From Flavobacteriales bacterium (GTDB lineage Bacteria; Bacteroidota; Bacteroidia; NS11-12g; UBA955): DNA of 45,422 nucleotides. The DNA lies in contig CANHCW010000001.1 in the NCBI GenBank assembly GCA_947459165.1, positions 1 through 45,422 on the forward strand, written 5' to 3'. The number at the start of each line of letters is the position of its first letter. Within the stretch, counting starts at the first letter, position 1. The notes beneath the pieces are model-generated. The model ran no database searches. It saw only the letters and a program-made list of their open reading frames with translations, and had not been told where the DNA came from. Shown here piece by piece: positions 44,735 to 45,422 of this stretch. The position numbers and the translations under genes are program-made.

Positions 44735-45422
44735 CCGCGTCATATCCTGGCTGGGAGTTCTGCTCCTCCTTGTTACCGCATGGTATCTGAGGTCTATTAT
44801 TGCTTACTTTATTGTTGCTGCATTGCTCAGTTTTTTGGCGGCACCTTTGATGGCGTTGATGGAGAACAAAATCAGGTGGAAAAAGAAACCCCTGCCCAGA
44901 TCGGTATATGCTTCTTTGTGCCTGATTCTTATCATTGCAATTATCTTTATTTTACTCAGGGCTATTCTGCCCCCTTTGCTCGATCAGGCTTCGGCATTGG
45001 GCCATATTACCCCCGATGAGTTCAAGCGCAGTTTTGGGCCGCCTATCGCGGATGTGAACCGTAAATTAAGCGAATGGGGTGTAGAGGGTGTGAACTTTTC
45101 ACCGGAAACGGTAAAACAGCAGTTTTTGGCTTGGATAAAACTGAACAATATTCAGGCATTGGTTGGCAATGTGCTGGGTGCTTTGAGCTCAGTAAGCGGC
45201 TGGATTTTTTCTGTGTTGTTTATCACATTCTTCTTTCTAAAGGAAAAGTTTCTGTTTTACCGATTGATACACATTTTCATTCCCGACAAACACGAGCCTG
45301 CCGCACAAAGAGTAATGAGGGATATGAATGAAATGCTGGGCCGGTATTTCAGAAGTATTTTACTGCAGATTCTTGTGTTTGGAACCTATATTTTTATTGG
45401 TTTGAGCATTTTTGGCGAAGAA
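44718..45422 (+). CDS. AI-2E family (PerM/YhhT-like) membrane transporter, N-terminal part (3' end outside the window)
   Basis: Not in the ORF track. The frame is open from 44694 to the window end. It translates to ..[37 protein letters not shown]...[72 protein letters not shown], a typical AI-2E pattern. The start is assumed to be the TTG at 44718, which would overlap the ftsH end by 17 nt; this is uncertain. Confidence 0.6.
   Translation, partial: MKITRNRVISWLGVLLLLVTAWYLRSIIAYFIVAALLSFLAAPLMALMENKIRWKKKPLPRSVYASLCLILIIAIIFILLRAILPPLLDQASALGHITPDEFKRSFGPPIADVNRKLSEWGVEGVNFSPETVKQQFLAWIKLNNIQALVGNVLGALSSVSGWIFSVLFITFFFLKEKFLFYRLIHIFIPDKHEPAAQRVMRDMNEMLGRYFRSILLQILVFGTYIFIGLSIFGEE

Noticed and set aside
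44780-45331. ORF-track ORFs 44780-45019 and 45074-45331
   Set aside because: They are in the wrong frames. The third + frame is open across the whole region and encodes an AI-2E-like membrane protein.
1-45422. Search for tRNA, rRNA, tmRNA, RNase P, riboswitch leaders, transposases, integrases, and toxin-antitoxin or defence gene clusters
   Set aside because: No T-loop/GTTCGAATC-type tRNA signatures, no intergenic region longer than ~175 bp, and no ORF with recombinase, transposase, nuclease-helicase or reverse-transcriptase motifs was seen. The lone DUF4143-type ATPase is not sufficient to call a defence system.

Overview
This is a Bacteroidota-type chromosomal segment. The evidence is a SusC/SusD pair, three proteins ending in T9SS-type C-terminal sorting domains, recurrent TAnnTTTG '-7' promoter boxes in intergenic DNA, and many ATGA/TAATG start-stop overlaps.

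The left ~20 kb carries mostly housekeeping and miscellaneous genes: a DUF5916-like protein (5'-truncated by the window edge), an MsbA-type ABC exporter, a DUF1684 lipoprotein, 3-hydroxyanthranilate dioxygenase, a T9SS HExxH metalloprotease, purF, msrB, an AcpH-like/PorV-like gene pair, two unknown envelope proteins, hflX, a DUF4143-type AAA ATPase, two SAM methyltransferases, DUF2795, MarR, kynureninase and a Ppx/GppA phosphatase.

The right ~22 kb (about 20.5-42.5 kb) is a large alpha-glucan (starch/maltodextrin) utilisation locus. It contains:
- susC-susD plus two downstream secreted proteins.
- A convergent, tightly coupled 5-gene operon: BadF-type sugar kinase, beta-phosphoglucomutase, GH65 maltose phosphorylase and two GH13 enzymes.
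- An MFS sugar transporter and a SusA-like GH13.
- A T9SS-sorted protein made only of three starch-binding-like modules.
- A T9SS-sorted GH13 amylase.

The locus is followed by ftsH and an AI-2E-family transporter that the ORF track misses because it runs off the 3' edge.

The most interesting signal concerns regulation of this locus. Its only regulator candidate is an NrtR/AraR-like Nudix + winged-helix protein with a degenerate Nudix box. A 21-bp palindrome, AAAGTGT-N7-ACACTT(T), occurs in two of the locus promoters, with weaker versions in two more, and overlaps predicted -7 boxes. This suggests a previously uncharacterised Nudix-type regulon for starch use.

A separate oddity is a 23-bp-periodic AAAAAGTGTAAA repeat array upstream of the AAA ATPase.

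I recognised no rRNA, tRNA, CRISPR array, transposase or integrase. All family calls rest on motif recognition by eye. No database or HMM search was run.
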